Source: Octopus sinensis
Lineage: Eukaryota
Length of the DNA stretch: 64,000 nt
Assembly: GCF_006345805.1 (NCBI RefSeq)
Contig: NC_043006.1
Location: forward strand, 88,474,001-88,538,000
Direction of reading: 5' to 3'
This document shows, piece after piece, positions 39,421-53,760 of the stretch. Under the pieces are notes generated by a model. It saw only the letters and a program-made list of their open reading frames with translations. It had not been told where the DNA came from and made no database searches. How positions within the stretch are numbered: the first letter of the stretch is position 1; every line of letters begins with the position of its first letter. Both the position numbers and the translations under genes were made by a program.

Positions 39421-40001
39421 GTTCATGCATACTTATAAATACAGTGTATAGATTTTCTTTGAACATATTACATTGAAAACACGACTGTGTTCTCAATTAA
39501 TCCTTTTTATTAAAACTTTCTTGCATTTGCGTAACATACTCTCATAACAATGTTCTCAAATTCATCTTTATCAACATTTTTAGTCTCTCTTTGACGCATA
39601 TTCAGGATATGGAGTTTTTTGTCTTCTCCACTGTTCTTTTTCGAGAAGTTGTCCTATGTTTATTTATATTTTACAGCCATAATGTGGACATTTGTCCGTT
39701 ATGCTTCTACGTCATGACACGAAAATTTGTGATGCGTTTATGTTGCAACTTAATTGTAGCCTTCTGTTATGATAACTAATATTCCTTGCAGAATCATTTT
39801 TCTATTTTTGCTGGGAATTGTATTAAAAGCGATGCGCTACACCACATGCCATAAAATGAAAACAGGTGGGAAAATAGTAATAGAAAATACTTGCATAGTT
39901 AATAGAATGGATTAACACTTCTTTTCTTATAACACTATATGCTCGAATATACCTGTGGCTCGTTTTAATGTATCATATATGTATATATATATATAAGTGT
40001 G

Positions 40002-40035
<34 letters not shown>

Positions 40036-41813
40036 TGTGCGTGCGCATGTGTGTGTGTGAGTATTTTTGACGATTATATATATATATATGCATACCTGTA
40101 TATTGTGTTCGTGTGTATTTACTTGATTCTCTCTCTCTCCCTCTCTGTTGAAAACAACATTCATACTTCGAAGCCTTCATTTGTATGCTCGATTTAATAT
40201 TTTTACTTATAAAATCATTTCTTCAACAAATGCTAATCGAAATATATGAACTGTATCATGCCGTTAATATATAACTGGTAATAATGTCCAAACAAAAATA
40301 ATAATAAGGCAAAGAATGAAAAACAAGGTCAGAATAAAATACATTTACAAATATATAGCAATATAAATCTAAGACAAAATGATATAAGTAAAAATATAAA
40401 TAAGAATACAGACAAGTGGAGTTCTAAGAAATTAGATAAATATATTAAATTGACATCACACGATACATCCACTTTTGAGGTGTCACTTTACGAATGCATT
40501 CGAAATATGTTAATGAAATGTCCTAGATGATCTAAGGTATAACTGTATAGAAGCCTAGAAGGGGATATATCAGAAGTTATTCTCAAACTATCACACACAG
40601 GAAGTGGCCGACACGATTACATATTATACTAAGCAGCACGTACATTTATACATGCCAAATGTAACACACATTCTTAGATGCATACATATAGACTGCTGTA
40701 CACCAACAGTTACACATACATGCCTAATTACATGCATGGGCAGGCTAACCAAAAGACACATCACACAATACCACAGCTGAAAGACTTACCATTAAACAAG
40801 CAAACTAAGGCATTCTTATGTAGCCCCGAATACAAAATAAATACAGTATAGATTATAAAACGAATAGAACAAATAAAACTGCGAACAAATAAACCACTCA
40901 AAGGAAAGTATTCTCAGTACGGAAACAGTTCATACATATATATATATACATATAAATATATGGATGCATATATACATACACACACATGCACACATATAAT
41001 AAAACTATATTGATTATTTCATGTAATTTACTTACAAAGGAAAGGAAATACTGCAACGGTATACTGATATCATGAAGATACGGAATATATTTGGTTAGTT
41101 AATACATGATGAGTTTTAAATAATGATAAGTAAAAATATTAATGACAAGAAAAGTGATACAAAGGGAAATCATAGTAACGATAGGTAATAGTTTAACATG
41201 GCCAACATAAACGTAATACGCACATGGAGCATAACGAAATTTAGAGACACAGTTCGGGTTTTAATGGAGGTAAATTCACTAAATACAATTAAAGTGTCGA
41301 CAAGTTCTACTCATAAATCATAGTTAGGTAGCAGTCTTGAATTATAGCATGTATACATAATGAGAAGATACGCTTGTTATTGATCCATTCACGATATGCC
41401 ATTCTCCGCGTGCTTGATTTTATTCAAAACATTCGCTTTATACACCTTGTAAGTAAAAATAAGAAAAGGAGAAGAATGCAAAAGAAGAAATAACTGTAGG
41501 TATTTGAATGTATATCTTCTTAACTATTACTAATGTTATTTTGATTAGGGCAGTTTTTAAAAATCCATCTAAATTAGTGCATACAATTAATCATTATTAT
41601 ATTTCGGGTTTCGGCTTTTGGAAATTCAATCCTTGAGCCTGATGTTTTTTTTGCATCCTTACGCTTCAGGCTAATTCGCAATTTGTAGCCAAATAATGCT
41701 TTTTGCCGGCGAACCACCTACCTATCTTACTATTGTTGATACCATCAATTTTAAATTTTATCCACAGATGATATTAACACTAGTGACATCTTATTTCAAA
41801 TCTTACTGTTTGA

Positions 41814-41876
<63 letters not shown>

Positions 41877-41999
41877 TGTATGTGTATGTATATATATATG
41901 TGTGTATATGTATATATATATAATATATATATATATATGTGTGTGTGTGTGGTGTGTGTGTATGTGTGTGTATGTTTATATATATGTGTATATGTATAT

Positions 42000-42035
<36 letters not shown>

Positions 42036-42037
42036 AT

Positions 42038-42834
42038 ATAACAATTTAGGAATGGCCTTAACAGGCCATTCGTCCACCAGAAAGAGCAGCCAGAACTCAA
42101 ACCGCCAAGTAGTGCAATTCGGAAATAAGGTGAAAATTTAAAAACGTTTACCCTAATTCATCTTTTATACGATGCATCGTTTCTGTGTTTTTAATGATAG
42201 ACCAGCTTAATTAAATTAAATTAAGCTAGTCTACCATAGGTCACACTTCATCAGTAAAAGAAACCTGGGAGACACGAATATACACGAGGCGACTGTATCA
42301 ATGCCTCAGGAATATCTGTCTTAAAATTTTCAAGACCAACGCATTCGCGCCAAACTTATCGGCAGCAAATATAAACTGCCGATTCAATCTCAGAATTAGT
42401 CAGAAAATTATCAATTAATCAATTTAGGGTAGCAAAAAATTCAGTAAATATTTATCGCTACCAGCGGCCTAGTGGAAAAGAGAAAATAGTCAAAGACTAA
42501 ATATATATAAATATAACAATTTAGGAATGGCCTTAACAGGCCATTCGTCCACCAGAAAGAGCAGCCAGAACTCAAACCGCCAAGTAGTGCAATTCGGAAA
42601 TAAGGTGAAAATTTAAAAACGTTTACCCTAATTCATCTTTTATACGATGCATCGTTTCTGTGTTTTTAATGATAGACCAGCTTAATTAAATTAAATTAAG
42701 CTAGTCTACCATAGGTCACACTTCATCAGTAAAAGAAACCTGGGAGAGATGAATATACACGAGGCGACTGTATCAATGCCTCAGGAATATCTGTCTTAAA
42801 ATTTTCAAGACCAACGCATTCGCGCCAAACTTAT
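42038..42834 (+). repeat. ~322-bp direct duplication (42038-42359 / 42513-42834)
   Basis: Identical except GAGACACGAAT vs GAGAGATGAAT. Confidence 0.9.
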
Positions 42835-42874
42835 ATATATATATATATACATTATTTATATGTAGAAAATACTA

Positions 42875-43200
42875 ACTGGGACAAGAACGTAAAACATTTA
42901 GAAGACGATACAAAAAACACCGACGGGACATTCGAAGCCTTCAATCTTCAGTCAAGAACCGGATCATCCTACCAATTTCGGATGATTAATCTTGAGATCG
43001 GTCCGATCCGGCCATCCCCAAGGAAAAACTAATCTACGAGCATTAGATTTCTTGGAAGAAGGATCGAATGTATACGAAACCGGGACAGAAAAACGGACGA
43101 TGCCACACGAATATAAAATACAAAAACAATAATGGTAAAAACAGGACAAAAACAGCGGGTGTCTTACGACTAACAAACAGTACAAGTTTGGCTGGCGTAT
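42875..43200 (-). repeat. Penelope pLTR-like repeat (family P1), copy 1
   Basis: Homologous to 49165-49500; both start TGGGACAAGAACG on the plus strand. Confidence 0.6.
42945..43017 (-). ncRNA. candidate strand-permuted hammerhead-like RNA (family P1)
   Basis: GGAUG-g-CCG gau CGG-ACCGAUC|UCAAGA-uuaau-CAUCC-GAAA-UUGGU-aGGAugaUCCggu-UCUUGA-CUGAAGA. Confidence 0.55.
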
Positions 43201-43610
43201 TTTGAAAAAATGCCTTTATCGGCAGACGAAGACAACAGCTAAATTTCACCATAGCCTCGTGGACATATACTCATCCTAGGCTCTCTGCTGACGAGGCACG
43301 CCAGATATAAATGAAGTTAATTTAATTAATTCATTTGCCTAAGTTTGCCGAAATTATGCATAGTCCAGAGATGAAAGGGGTAAACGTTTTTATTTCTCTT
43401 TCTATTTCAGAATTACAACTATTTAGCGGTTTGAGGTTGGCTGCTCTTTCTAGTGAGTCGAATGTCCTATATGGCCATTTCTTATATTGTTGAATGTATA
43501 TTATATAGTCTTTGACTATATTTTCTTTCTCACTAGACCGCTGGTAGCGGAGCATTTTTTCTCGAATTTTTTGCTACCCTATATATTTATTAATTATCAT
43601 TATATATATA

Positions 43611-43672
<62 letters not shown>

Positions 43673-43799
43673 TATATATATTATATATGTATATATATAT
43701 GTATGTATGTATGTATATACATACATATATATATATATATATACATATATATATACATATAATATATATATACATATATATATACATATATATATATAA

Positions 43800-43891
<92 letters not shown>

Positions 43892-43940
43892 GTATATACA
43901 TACATATATATATATTATATATATATATACATATATATAC

Positions 43941-43971
<31 letters not shown>

Positions 43972-44365
43972 CGAGGGACGTTCAATAAGTAATTAGAATC
44001 ATAAGACTCATTTCCTTCATCGACATAATATTCCTATAAATCTAGAAATGCTAGGAAAACTTACCTCCTATATTTTCGATCAAGCGACATCGAAAAATAT
44101 AAAAGCTAATCAGCATATCCACATTTATATAGCCAAGTGAATTCGTATTTCCCTCCAGAAGTTTTACCACGTGAATCACAAAATAGTAGTTTTTTGGCTG
44201 CTATTTCTAAAATTTTCGGTATGTGGTTAAGCAACTTGTTGCAAAAAAACCCTTATTGTTATAATTATATATATACATATATTCAAATATGAATCAGAAG
44301 CGGTAGTGTTGCAAACATTATCGAACACACATAAACATTACATGTACTGTGCTTGTTTACCGGCC

Positions 44366-44610
44366 GGCTGCGATTTGACGCGGTGGAGATAACTCTCTCA
44401 AAGTTAAAACACCCGAATGTCATAGACAAGCGAGACACCTCCGGTTCGGTTTAGGTACGTAATGATGATAAACCACAAAGATGGCGAAAAATCGATGTCC
44501 ATCACTCCTGAATAGGACTCGGAGTGAGTTGTCTCACCTGTCTATAACTTTTGGGTATTTGAAAACCCGGCGCTTCGACAGAGTCATCTCCACTGCGTCA
44601 AATCGCAGCC
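44366..44610. mobile_element. fold-back MITE
   Basis: TIRs GGCTGCGATTTGACGCGGTGGAGATAACTCT / AGAGTCATCTCCACTGCGTCAAATCGCAGCC, with weaker pairing continuing inward. Confidence 0.75.
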
Positions 44611-44717
44611 TATCAGCGAACACGCGAAGCGTATATATTTTATATGTATGTTCGATAATATATATTCATTTATGTATGTTGGATAATATTATATATTTCT
44701 TTGTGTGTGTGTGTGTG

Positions 44718-44755
<38 letters not shown>

Positions 44756-44785
44756 ATAGATAGATGGATAGATAGATAGATGATG

Positions 44786-44816
<31 letters not shown>

Positions 44817-45140
44817 CAAAAGATAACGTTTATCCCCGTTTAAAAGTGGATGTGTTAGAACACAATACTGCAATAATTACCGTGAGAAAAGCTCGTGTAT
44901 GTTCTATTGGTGCATCGTAACTATCTCTCACATATATATATATATATATTATATATATATATATATTATATATATATATATACATAGTAATATAATAAGA
45001 GTAATATAATAAGAGTAAATAATAGTTTTAATGGCTTTTAAAAACCAACAATTATTTACTGGTAGATTTCGGCATGTAAATATAACCATTAATGGTAGGA
45101 ACTTCTATAAAAGTTCAATATATATTTTGTATATAAATGA

Positions 45141-45377
45141 AAAAGGCAGGCAACAGGTTGCTTAGCCACATACCGAAAAAATTAGAAATAGCAGTCAAAT
45201 TCTACAAATAAGACACCACATACGACATATGTAATTCACATATATAAAACAGAAGGAAGAAATAACGAAAACAAAGTCTAACGGTTATTTACGAACGCGT
45301 TTCTGGATTAGGAATATAATAAAATATCAATTCCATGTCCTTCGGTATGTGGCTAAGCAACCTGTTGCCTGCCTTTT
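45141..45377. repeat. 37-bp perfect inverted repeat around a ~160-bp spacer
   Basis: AAAAGGCAGGCAACAGGTTGCTTAGCCACATACCGAA and its exact reverse complement; third diverged copy at ~44200-44243. Confidence 0.85.
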
Positions 45378-45385
45378 ATATATAT

Positions 45386-45432
<47 letters not shown>

Positions 45433-45485
45433 GTTTAAATATTTGTTGTGCAAGATTTTTTATGTGAAGTCGTGTGTTGAAATAG

Positions 45486-45557
<72 letters not shown>

Positions 45558-45573
45558 CATACATATATATATA

Positions 45574-46110
<537 letters not shown>

Positions 46111-46324
46111 AGATTGGATTGATGGTTGGAATGTACCTGCAATTTAAAAGTGTGAGACTTGTGGGATTCTTTGTTACACGAATTCACGTTAAGGGTATAC
46201 ATATCCATAGAATACTTAAGCATTACAGTGTAATTTAATGAGCGGCTGATTGAGCGAATAACTGAGTGCTTATCGTCGAAGCTTGCAGATCAAATGCAGT
46301 GTGTTTATGTGTATGCGCGCACGT

Positions 46325-46366
<42 letters not shown>

Positions 46367-47180
46367 ATCTGTGTGCGTGTGTATGGGTGTGCATTCGTAT
46401 GTGTATGTGTAAAACTATTAACATTAAGTGGTGAAGATTTGTTACGTATTTCACAAAACTATTGTTCTAAAATATACATTTTTAGTTGTTTAAGATTCTT
46501 CCTTATCATTTTCAACATCAACTGGTTTATTATTGTTTTAGTTTCTCCTGTCTTGGTTTGTTTTTGCCGAAGAATTCTTTGTCACAGCAAGTTTTACTAA
46601 AATCTATAAATTCTTAGCTGTATTATCAACCTTGTTATCTATATCAGTCTCTCTTTTACACTCACTCTCTTCGTCACTCAACTTAGATATTTACATACAT
46701 ATCTCTATGCGAGGCATGTGTACATATAAAAGAGGAATACAACAGAAACGTGAGTTTTTTTTTTTTTATCATAATATCATAAATTACATGATTTTTACAC
46801 GTGTTTCGGTACCAAGTAGTAGAATGTTCTACGGTAATCGTTATTTGGTCGATGGCTCAATCCCTTTGAAATGCCATATCGTCATAAGAAATAGTAATTT
46901 AAAACATTATTATTTACTATAACCAGTTGTTTGACTGTGTTAAGTGGCAAAAAAACTCTGTATTAAGAGAATAGTGTTTATATAGCAAGATAGAAAGGTT
47001 TTATTTCATCACTGAAATAGCGATACGAAGGAAGGCTGCAGCTGCTTAATGCATAATGTTATCTGCAAATATAGTGCCATTACTGCAAAGTATTCTCGTT
47101 ATTACGTTGGATATAAAAGTAATCACTTTAAATGTTATTACAATTTGCATACACACCGCTTCAGGATGACAAATTTATGT

Positions 47181-47575
47181 AACCAGATCAATCAGAGAGC
47201 GCAAATCTCCGCCAAGTCAACACCAACGTCCTCTCAACGATTAGCCAGAAATGAGTTTTAAAATGAGAATATCTGAAATAAATACGCCTCCTCTCACAAA
47301 CGAGAATACTAAAAATGAACTCGACCGCTCTCAAAAATTAAGTAAAAAAAACTAATTAAGTAAAAAACAGGAAAACTAATCCAGACTCGTTGTCCGATAT
47401 CGGATCGATCTCAAAATCTAATCAGTTCGTGCCAGTCACGAGGCTAAACATCCTTGAAAGTTTCATCCGAATCCATCCAGCGGTTCTTGAGATATCTTGT
47501 TCATGGACAAACAAAAAGGCAAACAAACAAACGCGACTGAAACAATACATCAGGCTTAGCGAAGGCGGAGGTAAT
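47181..47575 (+). mobile_element. Helentron-associated HINE
   Basis: Colinear with 14528-14890; 5' ATCTCCGCCAAG, 3' AAGGCGGAGGTAATT. Confidence 0.7.
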
Positions 47576-48460
47576 TAAAGTAGACTAGCTAAGCATATAT
47601 TTATTTGTAATTCATCGAATACGGTATACAAACTACACTGAGGTATAAAAAGCAAGAGCCCCTTATTACGTTGGAAACAAGAAGGAAGAGAAATTTTGCT
47701 CCAGTGAAGCACTGCTTATTCTATTAGGAAGGAATAATTTACTTAATCTAAAATAAGAACGCTTTCTCTCTTGCAAACACATTTTAAAGCCATTCAAATT
47801 CTATGAAAACAATTCTACACAGATAAAATAGTATAATAGTCGAGTACTCTACTATATGAATACAAAGAGACGTTTCAAATAACGGTGGTATAAAATTAGT
47901 TTATCTACACACACATACACAAACACATACGTGCATACATATACATACATACATGCATACATACATATATATACATATATAAAACTATTATTGTTGTGTG
48001 ATGTCGCGCGCACGTGTGTGCGTACATATGTTTATGAATGTATATACGTATATATATATATACACATAAGCGTTTACGCGTGTGCCTGTGTTTGTGACTA
48101 CGTATGTGTATATGTGTGTGTATATACATATGTGTATATGTGTGTGTATATGTACATGTACGTATATACATATGACAAGAAGAAGAAAGAAAACAAGGAC
48201 TGGTTATAGTTCATATTCATCCTTTATCTTATATTTATATTTATAATTGCTTATTTATTTTATTCTAAACTTATACTTTATTCTATTTATCGTGTATACG
48301 TGTATATAAATATATGCGTAGGAGATTGTATTTTTATGTATATATGCATGTGCACATGAATGTGTGCGTATCTGTTTGTGTATATATGTATGCCTTTGTG
48401 TGTATATGTAAGCCCCTTTAAGTATATGTGTATGTATATGTTATATGTGAGTATAGTATG

Positions 48461-48510
<50 letters not shown>

Positions 48511-48563
48511 CGTACGTATCTTTATGTATATGTGTATGGGTATGTTATATGTAAGTATATATA

Positions 48564-48630
<67 letters not shown>

Positions 48631-49122
48631 TGTGTGTGTGTGTGTGAACATGATGTACGCATGTGAGTGCGTGTGTGTGTACTATATATATACACATATA
48701 TAAATGTGTGTGCACGTGTGCGAGTGCGTGTATGTATGTGTATGTATATATGTATGTGCGAATTTTGTGGGACGTTTTTGGTATGTGCATGTGTGTATGC
48801 GTGCATGTATATGTGAGTGTGTATGCGCGTGTGGTGACACACAAGTTTCTTTTTTTTTTCTCTGTATTTCTTTACTCATTTACCTATGTGTTTACTTTTA
48901 GAACGACATAACGAGCTAACTATTTGAATTATTCACGTGACATTAATATGAGTCGTTCTAGATCAATCCAGAAGGAAATACAACCATCAACAACTAGCTT
49001 GATGAGTGCCAATGCATGAAACTCTCGGATCTTGTGTCACTCTGTTACTTCTGCTAAATATTAATAAAAATACACATATACTCATATTTTGAGCTCTATT
49101 TTTCCAGTTTGTATCAACATAC

Positions 49123-49163
<41 letters not shown>

Positions 49164-49164
49164 C

Positions 49165-49500
49165 AAAATGGGACAAGAACGCAAAACATCCAAATAGACG
49201 ATACAAAAAAAAACGGACGGGTCATTCGAAGCCTCTAATCTTCAGTCAAGAACCGGATCATCCTCGCAATTTCGGCTGATTAATCTTGAGATTGCTCCAA
49301 TCTGGCCAGCCCCAAGAAAAAACTAAGCTACGAAAAGGATCGAATGCATACGAAACAAGGACAAGAAAACGGACGATGTTACACGAATATAAATACAAAA
49401 AACAAAAAATAATACGAATATAAATACAAAAAAAAATGATAATAATAATAATAGGACACAACAACAGGCGTCTTTCGACTCAGACGAATTGGATTCAGCT
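49165..49500 (-). repeat. Penelope pLTR-like repeat (family P1), copy 2
   Basis: Homologous to 42875-43200. Confidence 0.6.
49239..49311 (-). ncRNA. candidate strand-permuted hammerhead-like RNA (family P1)
   Basis: GGCUG-g-CCA gau UGG-aGCAAUC|UCAAGA-uuaau-CAGCC-GAAA-UUGC-gaGGAugaUCCggu-UCUUGA-CUGAAGA. Confidence 0.55.
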
Positions 49501-49548
49501 GGCGTGTATATATACATATATATATATATATACACACACACATATATT

Positions 49549-49580
<32 letters not shown>

Positions 49581-49803
49581 CACACATATAATATTTCACA
49601 TGGACACATACACAGACACTTTTATCTTACCTACAGCAAAACTTAAAATCATCTAAATCTCGTTTTAGAAGGCAAATTAAGAAAATGTACCTCGCCACAC
49701 TCATATTACCAGCGTATTTAAGAGTCTGCAATGTACAGTAACCTAACGTTTGCTATTAACTACTTAATCGCGTAGATACAGTGCATATCTTGTAACAAAA
49801 TCT

Positions 49804-49840
<37 letters not shown>

Positions 49841-50725
49841 CACGTTTAAAATCATTATGGCAATTTTCAATACAACAGAAAAGGCAATATTAATTGCACT
49901 TGTGTTCCAAATTCTCCAATTTGTTAAAGTAAGAAACAAATTTCGTCACGTCTTGCCTACAATATCTGGACGAGGGATAGCAGCGTTGTTTTCTGATATT
50001 TGTTGGGATATCCTGCTATAGTCTCTGCTCGAGTCCACAGCAGATATTTTCAGGAAAATTGCTGAAGAACTCGCTTCATCCTTTGTTGCAGATCCCAAGG
50101 GATACACAGTTGTAATTTTGCACTGTCAGCCAACTAATGTTGTTAAATAATAATGGATTAAATTTCTGTTTTATTCTGAACATCTGGCGTTTCAATCTGA
50201 TTATGTAATTATCTACATAACGGTTACTGACAACATAAAGGCATTCGCTAGGAAAACAAGTGCAAAGATTATACAATTTAAGATGATATAACAGTTAAAC
50301 TAACTCTCTTGTATTCTGCTCTCCGATATACACTCTGTAAATTATCCCAAAGAAAATTTGAGAACAAATTATGTTCAATATATGAATGGCTGTATGTATG
50401 ATTGCATGCATATATGTATTATGAATGAATGGATGTATGAGTAGTTGGATATATGTATGCACGACGACGGGAAGACGACATTGTCAAAGATTGCAAGCCT
50501 GAATGAAAGAGAAGGACCCAGTCGGAAAGAATGGAAGCGCATAATGATCAACATTGTATAAGGACATCTGATAGTCTAAAGGATCGGTCGATCAACGTAC
50601 ACACATAATATATTTCTGTTATTCTTTCCCTGCTAATAAGAGTATCAATAATTGAAATTTACCCAAGAACAGACAAGAAGTCTGTATACATATATACATA
50701 CAAGTACATGTGTGTTTGTGTAAAT

Positions 50726-50784
<59 letters not shown>

Positions 50785-50785
<1 letters not shown>

Positions 50786-51010
50786 GGGGTGTACCCAAAA
50801 GAAAACCGGAATTTTGCAATATTATTTCATCCACTTAGTTTTATATGTTTATACTTTCATCGCCTTCAAATTAGTTTCCATTTGAAGCAATGCATCGATC
50901 CAGACACGTTTTCCACTGTTGGAATCAGTGGTGGAACTCTTGCGAAGTGATGCCTTTTAACGCCTCGGTGGTCGGTGGTCGAAAAGAATCTCTTTTCTTT
51001 CAGCAACTCA
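50785..51010 (-). mobile_element. mariner 3' end remnant
   Basis: ALKGITSQEFHH*FQQWKTCLDRCIASNGN*FEGD, then TIR-like CGGGGTGTACCCAAAAG next to TA. Confidence 0.75.
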
Positions 51011-51599
51011 AATCTAAGATTTTTTCCCTGAAGACAGCGTCTCGTATCGTCCGACGATGGAATCAATTTACAATCATTATTTTTGGACCACTGAACCCCC
51101 AGAAACAGCTGTTGGATTTGTAATACACTTTTTCGACCCTTTTCATTTTTGATATCATTTCTCTTCTGTGGAAGTCGAAACATTTTCGTATGTAAACGTA
51201 TATACTTTTTGTATTTAACATATTTAATATTCTTTGTATATCAACCTGCCTGACTTCCTTATCTCTACGTTTACTCCTCTTCCTGCTCAAGTTTAAACCT
51301 CTTGAGACACTACTAAGCGTATTCTATACGGAGAATATATGATTCTCATCTATGAACTATATATATATATAATGGTTAATAACTATGAAGCATTGCGCAG
51401 AATATATTGTATAAAGGATCGTAGCTAAGGCCAGAACAATGCCAAGTAAATGCAAGGCAAATCTCAAGAAAACAAATATATGAATTACTGTAGACCTACT
51501 TTGTATTCAGTATTTCGGGGTTATGACACCATTTTCAAGAAATTAACGAATGTTGCCAATGTGTGTGTGTGTGAGCATGTGTGGAGTGGACATGCGCGG

Positions 51600-52219
51600 A
51601 AAGGTGTCGCTGTAGTAACAAGCTAACTTCCTGTAACTCTCTTCTGATCTTGACCTTGGGTTTCTTTTGGTGTATGACGATGGCCTGTTACACTGTGGTG
51701 CCTTGATGTGCACTGTGAATTCCCGGGTCTGGCATTTCCGTAGATGTTTCTTCGCGGAAGTGTCTGCTTGCATGTGTTCCTTAATGCTTATATGCAGTTT
51801 TCTTGTTGTGCTTCCTATGTAGGGTGCGCCACAGTTGCCACAGATGATTTCATATAAACATAGTACCTCTGGCACAATTCAGGGTCATTGCTGGGGCAGT
51901 TCAATAATGTGCACTCCTCGGATAGTGAGAAGTGTTTTTCTTGGACAGAGCTTTTCTCAGAGAAGGGCCGGTGTACACTATCTGTATGTCGAGTCCTTCG
52001 CTGCGGACTGCATGCTGTATCGCTGCTGTAGTTGTCGTCAAAGTGTGGTAGCTTCAGGAAGCACGTGTTGGACTTGGAAGTATGATGATTCTTCCGGAGT
52101 TTATTGACCTTGATGTTCTTTAGGCGCTGCTGTTTAGCCAAAGATGGTGGGTAGCCAGTCATGGTTAGATCTCTGAGGAACTGCTTGGTGTTGACAGCTT
52201 TGTCGGTCATGTTGCTGCA

Positions 52220-52220
<1 letters not shown>
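51600..52220 (-). pseudogene. Penelope-like RT thumb + GIY-YIG remnant
   Basis: LTMTGYPPSL..FLKLPHFDD and LYEIICGNCGAPYIGSTTRKLHISIKEH. Confidence 0.8.
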
Positions 52221-52280
<60 letters not shown>

Positions 52281-52326
52281 TATATATATATTTAGAAGGT
52301 TTGGAAATAATGTACAGGTATTTTAT

Positions 52327-52554
52327 ATTAGAAGAAATTCGGTACTCAGAAATTCGGATGGTTTTATATTTACAGATATATATTTGTATATTACATGTTT
52401 TTATACATCATATAACTTATATCATATATCATATATTAGCGCTAATATATGATATATGATCTAAGTTATATGATGTATAAAAACATGTAATATTCAAATA
52501 AATATCTGTAAATATAAAACCATCCGAATTTCTGAGTCCCTCATTTCTTCTAAT
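52327..52554. repeat. 228-bp spacerless palindrome
   Basis: 114-bp arms centred on ATTAGC|GCTAAT (52440/52441), few mismatches. Confidence 0.9.
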
Positions 52555-52880
52555 GTATATATATGAAAGTTAAATAATGAGGGTAGAAATTACTATTAAT
52601 TAATATCAATGTAAATCAGTAGCCTAGGATACTTAAAAAATCCGAAGATTAAGAAAATTATATTACATACATATATAAGAGGAATAACCACCAAGGTGGA
52701 TTCCTAATAGGCTAGAAGAAGACGCTAAATCGTCTAACCACGAAGAATGTGTTCTCAAGAAATTACCGCAAACGCCAGAATGTAAAGCGAGCCAGACAAA
52801 TGCAAAGATACTAAATTTGGTGATAAGCTACATACCATAGTTTTGCTGCATACCATGGTGATAAGCTACATACCATTTAC

Positions 52881-53088
52881 AAAACGTAAATGTCCGCAGC
52901 TCATCAGTGCAGCCGTCATATAGAAAACATAATTCACAGAACCAGACACGAGACGTCCTCGCAAAAGAGAACATGTATAAAGTTCTATTATATTTGTGAG
53001 TATATTTCAAATGTCTTCATTCTGGCGCGCTGAATCCGGAAAGAACTTATATGACGACTGCACTGATGGGCTGCTGACATCACGTTTT
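52881..53088. repeat. ~42-bp inverted repeat upstream of the Penelope EN
   Basis: AAAACGTAAATGTCCGCAGCTCATCAGTGCAGCCGTCATATA vs TATATGACGACTGCACTGATGGGCTGCTGACATCACGTTTT. Confidence 0.75.
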
Positions 53089-53225
53089 ATAAATTATAAC
53101 AGTGAAATCGTGGTATGTAGCTTATCACCAAATTTTGTATCTTTTCATTTGTCTTCCTCGCTTTACATTCTAGTGTTTCAGGGATTAACCCCAGAAACAA
53201 AGAAGCCTTCACCCAGAATTTACCA

Positions 53226-53760
53226 ATGCTTCATAAGGACCCCAAATTAAAGGAAATTCTAAACATACATAAAATCATTAAAAGCTACAAACAACCTAAA
53301 TCACTAAAAAAGATCCTCACAAAGGCAAAATTGTTTTCTGAAATTACGCATGCAAAAGTAAAAAAATGTGATAGACCAAACTGCGCAACATGCCCAAACC
53401 TTCTAGAAGGATCAGAATTCCTCTTCAAAGAGGAACAAAAATTCAAGATCAAATCTAATTTTACTTGTGCTTTAGAAAACATAATTTATGTCATAAGATG
53501 CTCGGGCTGCCACCAAAACTACGTAGGGTCCACGGGATTATCACTCAGACGCAGATGCACTCTGCATCGACGACAGATTGCATTCCCAGAATACAGAATG
53601 ATACCCTTTAGTGAGCATATTAAGAAATGCGCAAAGCAACTACTACCACAATTTTTAATCTTTCCATTCTATCAATGTGCTATCGGAACACCAACACAAA
53701 TTAGATTAAACAAGGAAACATTCTTCATTGAAAAATAAAAACCTAAACTTAACCATCCTA
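53226..53760 (+). pseudogene. Penelope/Poseidon-like zinc-linker + GIY-YIG endonuclease (5'-truncated)
   Basis: SYKQPKSLKKIL..CDRPNCATC..FTCALENIIYVIRCSGCHQNYVGSTGLSLRRRCTLHRRQI..ETFFIEK*KPKLN. Confidence 0.85.

Larger units (their letters stand above)
42425..43581. repeat. long diverged inverted-repeat element with nested insertion
   Basis: TAGGGTAGCAAAAAATTC..(~230 bp) vs ..GAATTTTTTGCTACCCTA. Confidence 0.75.

Noticed and set aside
42920-42960. HDV-like ribozyme reading (GAAG/CUUC hairpin followed by CGAAUG)
   Set aside because: No P1.1 GG, no P2 partner, and the L3-like UCCUCGC of the 49 kb copy is not kept in the 42.9 kb copy.
49900-50280. Possible hAT transposase remnant
   Set aside because: Similarity too weak to support.
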